The notes beneath the pieces are model-generated. The model saw only the letters and a list, made by a program, of their open reading frames with translations, was not told the DNA's origin and did no database searches. 41,665 nt of DNA from an uncultured Clostridia bacterium (GTDB taxonomy: Bacteria; Bacillota; Clostridia; TANB77; CAG-508), in NCBI GenBank assembly GCA_947628425.1, contig CANQZV010000003.1, forward strand, positions 1 through 41,665, read 5' to 3'. This document shows positions 1-8,895 of this stretch, piece after piece (the stretch's first letter is position 1; each line of letters starts with the position of its first letter). Position numbers and translations under genes: made by a program.

Positions 1-258
1 GATGGAAGAGAAAGTAATTATAATAAATATAAAGAAAGTAAAGAAACAAGATATGGAGATGCAATTTTAGAAACTTCATCAAATGGTGATGATTACGGAT
101 GGAACGGAGACAGCTCCACCTTTACGTACGACTTTCATCCGTTTTTCGCACGTGGTGGCAATTACGATGATGGTTCTGATGCAGGTGTGTTCCATTTCTA
201 CAGCAATGGTGGCGATCCCTACAGCGACCTTTCGTTCCATACGGTTCTTGCGTTCTAG
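1..258 (+). CDS. 3' end (partial) of a C-type lectin/FGE-like domain protein; probable DGR target protein
   Basis: Frame +1 is open from base 1 to TAG at 256-258: ...RYGDAILETSSNGDDYGWNGDSSTFTYDFHPFFARGGNYDDGSDAGVFHFYSNGGDPYSDLSFHTVLAF*. The W..D.S.F...PFF.RGG.Y....AG.F.F...G......SF..VL pattern resembles CLec/FGE-type DGR target C-termini. It is missing from the ORF track because the start lies outside the window. Confidence 0.8.
   Translation, partial: DGRESNYNKYKESKETRYGDAILETSSNGDDYGWNGDSSTFTYDFHPFFARGGNYDDGSDAGVFHFYSNGGDPYSDLSFHTVLAF
94..258 (+). other. Putative DGR variable region (VR)
   Basis: Abrupt compositional shift within one ORF: 0 of the first 31 codons end in C or G, while 22 of the next 54 end in C (TAC, AAC, GAC, AGC, TCC, ACC...), as expected for codons derived from template AAC codons by A-to-N mutagenesis. 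It lies at the extreme C-terminus. Confidence 0.7.
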
Positions 259-372
259 TGCTTTAAAAATGAAATTTAATTAATTTATGTAAAAAATTGT
301 GGTAAATACTTTTTTGAAATTAGGGCCGGTTCTCTTTTCCATTTTTTGAAAAACAAGTTAATATTCTGCAAG

Positions 373-400
373 AAATCTAGCCAAAAGGCTAGATTTTTTT
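373..400 (+). terminator. Hairpin plus T-tract (intrinsic terminator; possibly also a DGR target hairpin)
   Basis: AAATCTAGCC-AAAA-GGCTAGATTT followed by a T run. Confidence 0.75.
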
Positions 401-443
401 GCTTTTTTGCTATATAATATAAAACGAAGAAAAGAGGTAGTTA

Positions 444-1148
444 ATGAAAAAAAATATTGTGATTGGAATAGAAGGTCTTGTTGGTGCTGGTAAAACTAGT
501 ATTTGTAGAGAACTATTAAAAAGAGATAAAAATGCTGTTCTACTAAATGGTGGAAATTTATATAGAGCTATTGTTTATACATTAATGCAAAAAGAACCAA
601 ATATTTTAAAATTAAAAAAATTAACTAAAAATATTGATATAAAAAAATATATGGACGACTTAAAAGTAGAAATTAAAATAGAAGATAGAGAGTCAAAAAT
701 TTATATAGATGGCAAACTTGCAAATGAAGAAGAACTTCAATCTAAAGCTTCTTCATTGGCTGTTTCAATTATTGGTGGAATTGCAGATAATACAAAATTA
801 TTTGAATTTGCTAAAAATTTAATAGATGAACTAAAAAAAGAACATAATGTAATTGTTTCTGGTCGTTCAATAATGAAAATTTACCCTAGTATAGATTATC
901 ATTTGTTTATAACAGCATCTTTAAATGAACGAGTTAAAAGAAAATGCATACAATATAAAGAAGGAAAAGAAAATTATAGAGAAGTCAAAAGGAATATTGT
1001 TAGACGTGATAGATTGCAAAAATTAGCAGGATTTTATAAAATATATCCTAATACTATTCAAGTGGATGTAACAGATTGTAAATCTGTAGAAGAATCAACT
1101 AATAAGGTATTAGAGAATATAGATTATTCTTTATCTACTATAAAGTAA
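444..1148 (+). CDS. cmk: (d)CMP/cytidylate kinase
   Basis: N-terminal P-loop GLVGAGKT, GGNLYRA motif, GR, A-S-x-x-E-R and RD motifs of Cmk; somewhat divergent. Confidence 0.75.
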   Translation: MKKNIVIGIEGLVGAGKTSICRELLKRDKNAVLLNGGNLYRAIVYTLMQKEPNILKLKKLTKNIDIKKYMDDLKVEIKIEDRESKIYIDGKLANEEELQSKASSLAVSIIGGIADNTKLFEFAKNLIDELKKEHNVIVSGRSIMKIYPSIDYHLFITASLNERVKRKCIQYKEGKENYREVKRNIVRRDRLQKLAGFYKIYPNTIQVDVTDCKSVEESTNKVLENIDYSLSTIK

Positions 1149-1159
1149 AGGAGGCCTCT

Positions 1160-2560
1160 ATGCAATATATTAATAAAGAATTAATTGAATTAAATTCTTA
1201 CTTAAAAAACAGAAAAGTTGCTATTATAGGCTTAGGAATAAGTAATATTCCTTTAGTTGATTATATGCATATGGTAGGAGCCAAAGTAACTGTTTTTGAT
1301 AGTAGAATAATAGAAGATATACCTAAAAATGTTATAAAAAAAATTACAGATTATGCAATGGAGTTTTCTTTTGGACCAAATTATTTATCTAAATTAATAG
1401 GTTTTGATATTATATTTCGTTCTCCAAGTTGTATGCCTAACATACCAGAATTGCAAGATGAAATACAAAGAGGAGCAATTTTAACATCAGAAATTGAAAT
1501 GTTAATGAAGTTATGTCCTGGTAAAATAATTGGTGTAACTGGTAGTGATGGTAAAACAACAACAACAACTTTAATTTACGAAATATTAAAGTCAAATGGT
1601 TATAATTGCTATTTGGGAGGAAATATTGGTAAACCTTTATTTACTAAGCTAAAAGAAATGACTCCAGATGATATTGTAATTTTAGAATTAAGTAGTTTTC
1701 AATTAATGGGAATGGAAGTTAGCCCTGATATTGCGGTTATTACTAATATATCTCCAAATCATTTAAATATTCATAAAGATTATGAAGAATATATAGATGC
1801 AAAGAAAAATATATTTAAATATCAAAATAAAGATGGAATTTTAGTTTTAAATTACGATAATATTGTAACAAAAGAAGCTGCAAAAGAAGCAAATGGAAAG
1901 GTAATTTATTTTAGTAGTAAAAATAAATTGAATGATGGTATAATTTTAGATGGAGATATTATTAAACAATGTGAAGATAAGTTAAGGAGACACATTTTAA
2001 ATACTAAAAATGTACTATTAAGAGGAACTCATAATTATGAAAATATTTGTGCAGCAATTGCAGCTACTAAATCTTTAGTAAATATTGAAGATTGTGTAAA
2101 AACTATTACAGATTTTAAAGGGGTAGAACATAGACTTGAGTTTATAAGAGAAATTGATGGCGTTAAATGGTATAATGATTCTATAGGTACTAGTCCTACA
2201 AGAACAATTGCTGGTTTAAAATCTTTTAGTGAGAAAATTGTTTTAATAGCAGGTGGATACGATAAGCATTTGGATTATACGCCAATTGCAAAACCAATTT
2301 TGGAAAAAGTAGATAGTTTAATATTAATAGGAGATACAGCTACTAAAATTTTTGACTGTGTAAAAGAAGAGGCAGAGAAACAAGAAAAAGATATAAAAAT
2401 ATACATGTGTGATGAATTTAACAATATTGTACATGTAGCAAAAAAAGTAGCAAAACCTGGAGAAATTGTTTTATTTTCACCAGCTAGCGCAAGTTTTGAT
2501 TTATTTAAAAATTTTGAAGAAAGAGGAAATAAATTTAAAGAATTAGTAAATAGTTTATAA
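1160..2560 (+). CDS. murD: UDP-N-acetylmuramoyl-L-alanine--D-glutamate ligase
   Basis: GLGIS, GVTGSDGKTTT, ELSSFQL, HRLE, WYNDS and SPASASFD motifs; SD AAGGAGG. Confidence 0.95.
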   Translation: MQYINKELIELNSYLKNRKVAIIGLGISNIPLVDYMHMVGAKVTVFDSRIIEDIPKNVIKKITDYAMEFSFGPNYLSKLIGFDIIFRSPSCMPNIPELQDEIQRGAILTSEIEMLMKLCPGKIIGVTGSDGKTTTTTLIYEILKSNGYNCYLGGNIGKPLFTKLKEMTPDDIVILELSSFQLMGMEVSPDIAVITNISPNHLNIHKDYEEYIDAKKNIFKYQNKDGILVLNYDNIVTKEAAKEANGKVIYFSSKNKLNDGIILDGDIIKQCEDKLRRHILNTKNVLLRGTHNYENICAAIAATKSLVNIEDCVKTITDFKGVEHRLEFIREIDGVKWYNDSIGTSPTRTIAGLKSFSEKIVLIAGGYDKHLDYTPIAKPILEKVDSLILIGDTATKIFDCVKEEAEKQEKDIKIYMCDEFNNIVHVAKKVAKPGEIVLFSPASASFDLFKNFEERGNKFKELVNSL

Positions 2561-2581
2561 ATATAGAAAAATTATTAATTC

Positions 2582-2608
2582 ACAAAAAATATAAAAATCT
2601 CATAATAT
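2582..2608 (+). promoter_or_regulatory. Putative sigma-K-type (late mother-cell) promoter
   Basis: ACA-N16-CATAATAT matches the B. subtilis sigK consensus AC-N16/17-CATAnnnT, upstream of SD AGGAGG and ATG 2640; AT-richness lowers specificity. Confidence 0.45.
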
Positions 2609-2639
2609 ATAGCAATATGTATATTAGGAGGTTTTGTTT

Positions 2640-3153
2640 ATGAATTATTCTTATGAAGAATATATGAACAATTTATTGGGAAAAAACATAATTGATCGGA
2701 AATAATAATATGTCAAGTGAAATGGAACCATACGAAAATGAAAATGCTTTTACATATGAACAGTATGAAAATGAATTAACACAGTATTATCCAGATATTT
2801 ATAAAATTGTATACCCTATGGTGTGTAAAGCTTGCTTATATATAACAGAAGATATAACGGAAGAATTAGTGGAAAGAATAACAAATGAAATATATGAAAA
2901 TGTTGAAAATAATGAAGAACCAGAAGAGTCCAGATTTGTAAGAGAAAATTACAATAATATTCAACAATATAGAAACAATAGATATATGAACAGAAATATT
3001 AATTTAAGAAATGAAACTTCTACAGATGAAAAAAGACAAAAAAATTTTTTATTAAATGATTTAATTAAAATTTTGGTATTAAGAGAATTAATAGGAAAAG
3101 GAAGAAGACCGCAAAGACCATTTCCTTATATACCTGGAAGACCGAGAATATAG
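2640..3153 (+). CDS. Hypothetical, probably sporulation/spore-coat protein; needs a +1 shift at CGGA (2697-2700)
   Basis: SD AGGAGG precedes ATG 2640 (MNYSYEEYMNNLLGKNIID-CGG-AAA-TAA). Skipping C2697 joins the 2692..3153 ORF (GNNNMSSEM...YPDIYKIVYPMVCKAC...DLIKILVLREL...RPQRPFPYIPGRPRI). The TTG start at 2692 lacks a good SD. Confidence 0.65.
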
Positions 3154-3164
3154 AAAATTTAATA

Positions 3165-3212
3165 TATACAAAAAACTTCTCTATAATTAAAAATAGAGAA
3201 GTTTTTTGTATA
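3165..3212. terminator. Bidirectional intrinsic terminator
   Basis: Perfect 20-bp inverted repeat TATACAAAAAACTTCTCTAT / ATAGAGAAGTTTTTTGTATA between convergent genes. Confidence 0.85.
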
Positions 3213-3247
3213 ATTAATTCATTAAGTAGTTACCAACAAATTAATTA

Positions 3248-3625
3248 TTACATTTGTTGATTTCCAGGTATAATGTAATCTACTATACCATAAATAACAG
3301 CACCAATAATTGCTGCCATCCAAGATATTGAATATCCTGCAACAAAGAACTGTGTTACATATAGTGTAACAGCAGCAAGCACGAAACCAACAAATCCTTT
3401 ACCAAACGGCGTAGCTTCTAAACCTGTGAACTTTACTATTAAATAATCTATAATTGTAAGAACTATAGCAGCAATTGCTAAAGTCCAAATATTATTAATG
3501 GTAAATCCAGGAGTAAAAAAAGCTGTAATTGCAAGAACTACTGCTGCAGCAACAAGTCTTCCTACAATTTGTCCAAAGGTAGAAGTTTGATTTTGAGATT
3601 GAACATTATCTTGATTATTAGCCAT
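3248..3625 (-). CDS. 4-TM phage-holin-family (YvlD-like) membrane protein
   Basis: 125 aa with four hydrophobic segments and a duplicated PGF/AGY-x-I-x-x-W-x-x-AI motif; SD GGAGG; no phage genes nearby. Confidence 0.7.
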   Translation of the reverse strand: MANNQDNVQSQNQTSTFGQIVGRLVAAAVVLAITAFFTPGFTINNIWTLAIAAIVLTIIDYLIVKFTGLEATPFGKGFVGFVLAAVTLYVTQFFVAGYSISWMAAIIGAVIYGIVDYIIPGNQQM

Positions 3626-3836
3626 AATAAACCTCCATTCGAGTATATAATTACTCTAACTAAATATTTAGTTACATATATATTTTTAACTAAAAAAAAT
3701 AAAATATACAAAATTAAAGTAAAAGAATAAAATTTGTAAAATTGAAAAAAATAATAAAAAAGATAAATTATTACATTTTTATTTTTTAAATAAATAAATA
3801 AATAAAATGCAGTAATTTTAAATAAAGGAGAGGTCA

Positions 3837-4508
3837 ATGCTAATTACATTTGTAAGAGCAATTATTTTATATATAGTAGTTTTAATTGTAATGAGAATGA
3901 TGGGAAAAAGAGAAATTGGACAACTTCAACCATTTGAACTTGCAATTTCTATTATGATAGCAGATTTAGCTTCTGTGCCTATGACAGAATTAGGAATTCC
4001 ATTAGGAAATGGAATTATACCTATTCTAAGTCTTTTGTTAATGCATATGGTAATTTCTTTTGTTAATATAAAAAGTATTAATATGAGAAAAATAATTTGT
4101 GGAAAACCATCAATATTAATTTATAGAGGGAAAATAGATGAAAAGGCTTTAAGAAAAGAAAGGTTTACTGTAAATGAATTGCAAGAAAGATTAAGAGGGA
4201 ATAACATATTTAATATATCAGATGTTGAATATGCAATATTAGAAACAAATGGAGAAGTAACTGTAATAACAAAGCCTGAAAAAAGAAATGTTATAACAGA
4301 AGATTTAAACTTACAAGTAGACTATGAGGGTATTCCATATGATTTAGTTGTGGATGGAAAAATAATGTATGAAAATTTAAAGGCAATAGGAAAAAATGAA
4401 AAATGGCTTGAAAAGGAATTAAAGAAATTTGATGCTAAACCTCATGAAGTTATACTTGCAACAATAGATGGAAAACAGCAAATTTTTTGTCAAAAAAAAG
4501 AAAAATAG
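3837..4508 (+). CDS. DUF421 (YetF-like) membrane protein
   Basis: RMMGKREIGQLQPFEL, GKPSILI, VEYAILETNG and LVVDGKI motifs. Confidence 0.85.
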   Translation: MLITFVRAIILYIVVLIVMRMMGKREIGQLQPFELAISIMIADLASVPMTELGIPLGNGIIPILSLLLMHMVISFVNIKSINMRKIICGKPSILIYRGKIDEKALRKERFTVNELQERLRGNNIFNISDVEYAILETNGEVTVITKPEKRNVITEDLNLQVDYEGIPYDLVVDGKIMYENLKAIGKNEKWLEKELKKFDAKPHEVILATIDGKQQIFCQKKEK

Positions 4509-4523
4509 AAGGAGATTAATTAC

Positions 4524-4907
4524 ATGTATAAAGAAATGATAATTGTTGTTATAGTAATAATTATTATTGTTACATTAGATATTATTACTAATAATTATAC
4601 AACTTACGCAACAGATACATTATCTGGTGAACTTAACAATTTAAAAGAGTATATTATATTAGAGGATGATGAAAAAACATCTAAAATAATAGAGGAAGTT
4701 AAAGATAAATGGAAAGAATATAATAAAATATTATCTTATTATATTGAACATGATGAGTTAGAAAAAGTAGAAACAGAATTAGCAACTTTATCTGGTATAA
4801 TAGAAGCAAAAGATTATAATCATGGTATTGGTAATTTAAATGCAACTGTTTTTATACTAGAACATATTAAAGATAAAGAAAAGTTTAGTATACAAAATAT
4901 TTTTTAG
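4524..4907 (+). CDS. DUF4363-family protein
   Basis: N-terminal TM segment, W....IEHDELE motif, C-terminal ...NIF; typical neighbour of DUF421 in Clostridia. Confidence 0.7.
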   Translation: MYKEMIIVVIVIIIIVTLDIITNNYTTYATDTLSGELNNLKEYIILEDDEKTSKIIEEVKDKWKEYNKILSYYIEHDELEKVETELATLSGIIEAKDYNHGIGNLNATVFILEHIKDKEKFSIQNIF

Positions 4908-5038
4908 TAATTGGAATAATTATATTAAAATTTTAGTTAATGCATAATTTTAAATATCTTTTTAGATTGTAAAGTTTGAAGTATGTGTACTAACAAATAA
5001 AAAAATCTAATTTTTCTTATTTGTTCATGTAAAACCTA

Positions 5039-5067
5039 TTGAAAAAAATATAATGTTATGGTATAAA
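5039..5067 (+). promoter_or_regulatory. Sigma-A promoter of the rlmN operon
   Basis: TTGAAA-N17-TATAAA with extended TG. Confidence 0.5.
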
Positions 5068-5102
5068 TTAATAAGAATGAAAATCAAGGAATAATATATT
5101 AG

Positions 5103-6122
5103 ATGAAGAATATAAAAGATTATAATTTAAATGAATTAAAAGAAGAATTTATAAAATTAGGAGAAAAACCATATAGAGCAGAGCAAGTTTTTACATGGTT
5201 ATATATTGCACAAGTAACTTCTTTTGATGATATGACTAATTTATCTTTAGATTTGAGAGAAAAGTTAAAAAAAGAATATGATTTTCATAATTTTAAAATT
5301 ATAAAAAAACAAGAATCTAAAGATGGAACAAAAAAGTATTTATTTGATGTTTTAGATGGTAATGCAATTGAAACTGTATTAATGGAATATCATCATGGTA
5401 AAACCTTATGTGTATCTTCTCAAGTTGGTTGTAAAATGGGATGCAAGTTTTGTGCTTCAACTGGAATTAACTTTTCTAGAAATTTAACATCTGGAGAAAT
5501 TGTTGAACAATTATTAGCAGTTCAAAGAGATGAGAATATTAAAATTAACAATGTTGTTTTTATGGGAATAGGAGAACCACTAGATAATTATGAAAATGTA
5601 ATAAATGCAATAGAAATAATTAATAATCAAAAGGGAATTAATATTGGTGCAAGGCATATTAGTATTTCAACTAGTGGATTAATTCCAAAAATATACGAAT
5701 TGGCAGACAGTAATCTTCAGTGTACTTTATCTATTTCATTACATGCTACAAATAATAATAAAAGAAATAGTATGATGCCAATTAATACTAAATATCCAAT
5801 AGAAGACTTAATAAAAGCTTGTAAATATTATATTAAAAAAACAAATAGAAGAATTTCTTTTGAGTATGCATTGGCAAAGGAAAATAACGATAATTTAGAG
5901 GATGCTAAAGAATTAGTAAAATTACTAAAAGGCATGTTATGCCATGTTAATTTAATACCAATTAACAAAATAGAAAATGGCATATATAGTAAAAGTACAA
6001 ATGAAAATATAATGAAATTTAGAGATTACTTAAATTCAAAAGGTATAACTGCAACTATAAGAAGAGAATTAGGCTCAGATATTGATGCAGCATGTGGTCA
6101 ATTAAGAAGAAAAAATTTATAG
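5103..6122 (+). CDS. rlmN: Dual-specificity RNA methyltransferase RlmN (radical SAM)
   Basis: CVSSQVGCKMGCKFCAS, MGIGEP and DIDAACGQL motifs. Confidence 0.95.
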   Translation: MKNIKDYNLNELKEEFIKLGEKPYRAEQVFTWLYIAQVTSFDDMTNLSLDLREKLKKEYDFHNFKIIKKQESKDGTKKYLFDVLDGNAIETVLMEYHHGKTLCVSSQVGCKMGCKFCASTGINFSRNLTSGEIVEQLLAVQRDENIKINNVVFMGIGEPLDNYENVINAIEIINNQKGINIGARHISISTSGLIPKIYELADSNLQCTLSISLHATNNNKRNSMMPINTKYPIEDLIKACKYYIKKTNRRISFEYALAKENNDNLEDAKELVKLLKGMLCHVNLIPINKIENGIYSKSTNENIMKFRDYLNSKGITATIRRELGSDIDAACGQLRRKNL

Positions 6123-6139
6123 AACAGGAGAAAAATTTT

Positions 6140-6871
6140 ATGAAAGTTTTTGCTAAATCAGATATTGGCAAAGCAAGAGAAACAAATCAAGATTCTTATT
6201 ATGTATCACAGCCAAGTGAAAATGTAGGTTTATATATAGTTGCTGATGGTATGGGGGGCTATAATGGAGGAGATATTGCAAGTAGGCTTGCCATTACATC
6301 TGCTAAGAACTATATAGAAACAAATTTTAGTAAAATTGAACATAATAAAGAAGAATTGCAAAAGCTAATAAAAAACGCAATTGAATATGCAAATATGCTT
6401 GTATATGAAAAATCAAAAGAAAGCAAAGAATTAGAAGGAATGGGTACAACAATAGAAGTTGTTCTTGCATATAATAATAGAGTATACATAGGTCATATTG
6501 GAGATAGTAGAATTTATAGAATTAGAAAAAATTTTATGAGAAGACTTACAATTGATGATAGTTATGTTCAAAAATTAATTAAAGATGGAACCATTACAAA
6601 AGAGGAGGCAATAAATCATCCTAAAAAGAATATGCTTACAAAAGCTTTAGGATGCACATCTTTTGTTGAACCGGAAGTTACCGTAAAAGGTTTTTTAAAG
6701 GATGATATTATTGTAATAACTTCAGATGGATTAACAAATATGGTTAATGAACAGGAAATTTTTAATATTGTAACAGCGAATTTAGAAAAGGCAAATGAAG
6801 AACTAATAAAAAGAGCAAATGATGCTGGTGGACTTGACAATATAACAGTTATCATAATAAAAAATAATTAA
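6140..6871 (+). CDS. prpC: PP2C-type Ser/Thr phosphatase (Stp1/PrpC)
   Basis: SDIGKARETNQD, VADGMGG, HIGDSR, SDGL and GGLDNIT motifs; start moved to ATG 6140 after SD AGGAG. Confidence 0.92.
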   Translation: MKVFAKSDIGKARETNQDSYYVSQPSENVGLYIVADGMGGYNGGDIASRLAITSAKNYIETNFSKIEHNKEELQKLIKNAIEYANMLVYEKSKESKELEGMGTTIEVVLAYNNRVYIGHIGDSRIYRIRKNFMRRLTIDDSYVQKLIKDGTITKEEAINHPKKNMLTKALGCTSFVEPEVTVKGFLKDDIIVITSDGLTNMVNEQEIFNIVTANLEKANEELIKRANDAGGLDNITVIIIKNN

Positions 6872-6912
6872 TTATATCAAAAGAAAAATGTTTAAATAAA
6901 TTGGAGGTTACT

Positions 6913-8838
6913 ATGAATTTAGAAGGTAGATTATTAGGAAATAGATATGAACTATTAGAAAATATTGGAAATGGAGGAATGGCAACTGTATATAAAGCAA
7001 AGTGCCATGTTTTAAATAGGTATGTAGCTGTAAAAATATTAAGAGATGAATTTACAACAGATGATGAATTTGTTAAAAGATTTAATACTGAAGCACAAGC
7101 AGCTGCTAGTTTAACACATCCTAATATTGTATCAGTATATGATGTTGGAAGTGAGGGAGATATTCATTACATAGTAATGGAGCTAATTAAAGGTAAAACT
7201 TTAAAAGAAATAATTAATGAAGACGGAGTTCTTTCTTGGAAGTGGTCTGTTAATGTAGCTATTCAAATAGCTTCTGCTCTAGAAACAGCACATAGAAATA
7301 ATGTTATTCATAGAGATATTAAACCACATAATATTATTATTACAGAAGATGGAATTGCTAAAGTAACAGATTTTGGAATTGCCAAAGCAGTTTCTAATTC
7401 TACAATAACAGCATTTGGAACAACTATTGGATCAGTACATTATTTTTCACCAGAACATGCAAGAGGTGGATATACAGATGCTAAGTCAGACTTATATTCT
7501 TTAGGGGTAGTATTATATGAAATGGTAACAGGAAAAGTACCATTTAATGCTGATACGCCTGTTTCGGTAGCCCTAAAACATATGCAAGAAACACCAATTG
7601 AGCCAATGAAAATAAATCCAAATATTCCAATAGCTGTTAATAATATTATTATGAAAGCAATGCAAAAAGATATTAACTTAAGATATCAAACAGCAACAGA
7701 ATTATTACGTGATTTAAGTTTAGCTTTAAAAAAACCTAATGAAGACTTTGTAATTACTGAAAAGCATTCAAATGTTTCTGATGCTACACAAAGAATATCT
7801 ACTATATATGATAAATCTGGAGAACCAGAAAACAGAAATAAAAAAGAAAAAGATGGATTCTTAGGATTTGTAAAAAAACATAAAGTTTTGTCAATGGTAA
7901 TAGGGGGTATAGCATTATTTATTGTTACTATACTTATTACAAATTTAATAATAAATCTTACAACAAAATCGGATATTCCTGTTCCAAACTTAGTGGGAAT
8001 GGAGCAAACACAAGCACAAAAAACAGTAGAAGAACTAAAATTTAAATATGAAAAAGTAGGAGAAGAATATAATAAAGATGTACCTGCTGGATATATTATT
8101 TCACAAGATCCAACATATATGCCAAATTACTCTATTAAAGAGGGAAGTACTATTTCTGTAATTATTAGTTTAGGAAGAAATGTTGTTCAAGTTCCAAAGG
8201 TAATAGGTCTAACATCAGAAGAAGCACAAAAACAACTAACAGAATTAGGTTTAGAAGTAAATATAGAAGAAGAGTATAATAGTAAAGTTGAAGCGGGTTA
8301 TGTAATAGAACAAAGTTTAGAAGAAAATGAAGAAGTTGATAATGGAGAAACAATCACCATAAAAGTTAGTAAAGGAACAGAAAAAGTTGTTGTGCCAGAT
8401 TTAAATGGAAAAACAGAAGCACAAGCAAAAAAAGAAATTACTTCAGCAGGTTTAAAACTTAAGTCTGTTGTAACATCAGAAGATACTACAAAAGATGATG
8501 GTGTTGTTATAAAACAAACTTTAGAAGCAGGAACAGAAGTTGATAAAAACTCATCTATTACAATTACAGTTAATAAGTTACAAGCACAAAAAGAAGCTAC
8601 AATTAATGTTAATGTTAAGTCTTTATTAAATGGAACATCAGATAAAGAAACTGTATTACTATTAATTAAAGTTGGAGATGACAAGGTATATGAAGAAAAT
8701 GTTAAACCAGAAGTAGAAAGTATATCTCAAAAAATTTCTGGAAAGGGAACAGTTACAGTAAAAGTTTACATTGATGGTATTTTAAAAGGTAATAAGGATA
8801 TTAATTTAAATGAAACTACATCATATATTTTTGAGTAA
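6913..8838 (+). CDS. prkC: PASTA-domain Ser/Thr kinase (PrkC/PknB/Stk1)
   Basis: IGNGGMATVY, HRDIKPHN, DFG, SPE, a TM segment and three PASTA repeats; start at ATG 6913 after GGAGG. Confidence 0.95.
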   Translation: MNLEGRLLGNRYELLENIGNGGMATVYKAKCHVLNRYVAVKILRDEFTTDDEFVKRFNTEAQAAASLTHPNIVSVYDVGSEGDIHYIVMELIKGKTLKEIINEDGVLSWKWSVNVAIQIASALETAHRNNVIHRDIKPHNIIITEDGIAKVTDFGIAKAVSNSTITAFGTTIGSVHYFSPEHARGGYTDAKSDLYSLGVVLYEMVTGKVPFNADTPVSVALKHMQETPIEPMKINPNIPIAVNNIIMKAMQKDINLRYQTATELLRDLSLALKKPNEDFVITEKHSNVSDATQRISTIYDKSGEPENRNKKEKDGFLGFVKKHKVLSMVIGGIALFIVTILITNLIINLTTKSDIPVPNLVGMEQTQAQKTVEELKFKYEKVGEEYNKDVPAGYIISQDPTYMPNYSIKEGSTISVIISLGRNVVQVPKVIGLTSEEAQKQLTELGLEVNIEEEYNSKVEAGYVIEQSLEENEEVDNGETITIKVSKGTEKVVVPDLNGKTEAQAKKEITSAGLKLKSVVTSEDTTKDDGVVIKQTLEAGTEVDKNSSITITVNKLQAQKEATINVNVKSLLNGTSDKETVLLLIKVGDDKVYEENVKPEVESISQKISGKGTVTVKVYIDGILKGNKDINLNETTSYIFE

Positions 8839-8840
8839 AT

Positions 8841-8873
8841 AATTAGGCAGGTATATATTTTGCCTGCTTAATT
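8841..8873 (+). terminator. Stem-loop after prkC
   Basis: AATTAGGCAGG / CCTGCTTAATT inverted repeat with one G-U pair. Confidence 0.55.
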
Positions 8874-8895
8874 GTTATTATATAAAAGGTGAATA

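Noticed and set aside
83-283. 66-aa ORF in the track
   Set aside because: Shadow frame of the real CDS end (1-258), open because the VR is A-poor and lacks stops.
3248-3625. Holin-family gene as evidence of a prophage
   Set aside because: No phage genes nearby; this family is commonly chromosomal in Firmicutes.
3562-3837. 91-aa minus-strand ORF
   Set aside because: Low-complexity translation of AT-rich intergenic DNA between divergent genes, overlapping the holin-family gene.
4960-5030. Inverted repeat upstream of rlmN
   Set aside because: AT-only stem best explained as a terminator of the DUF421 operon; no riboswitch features.
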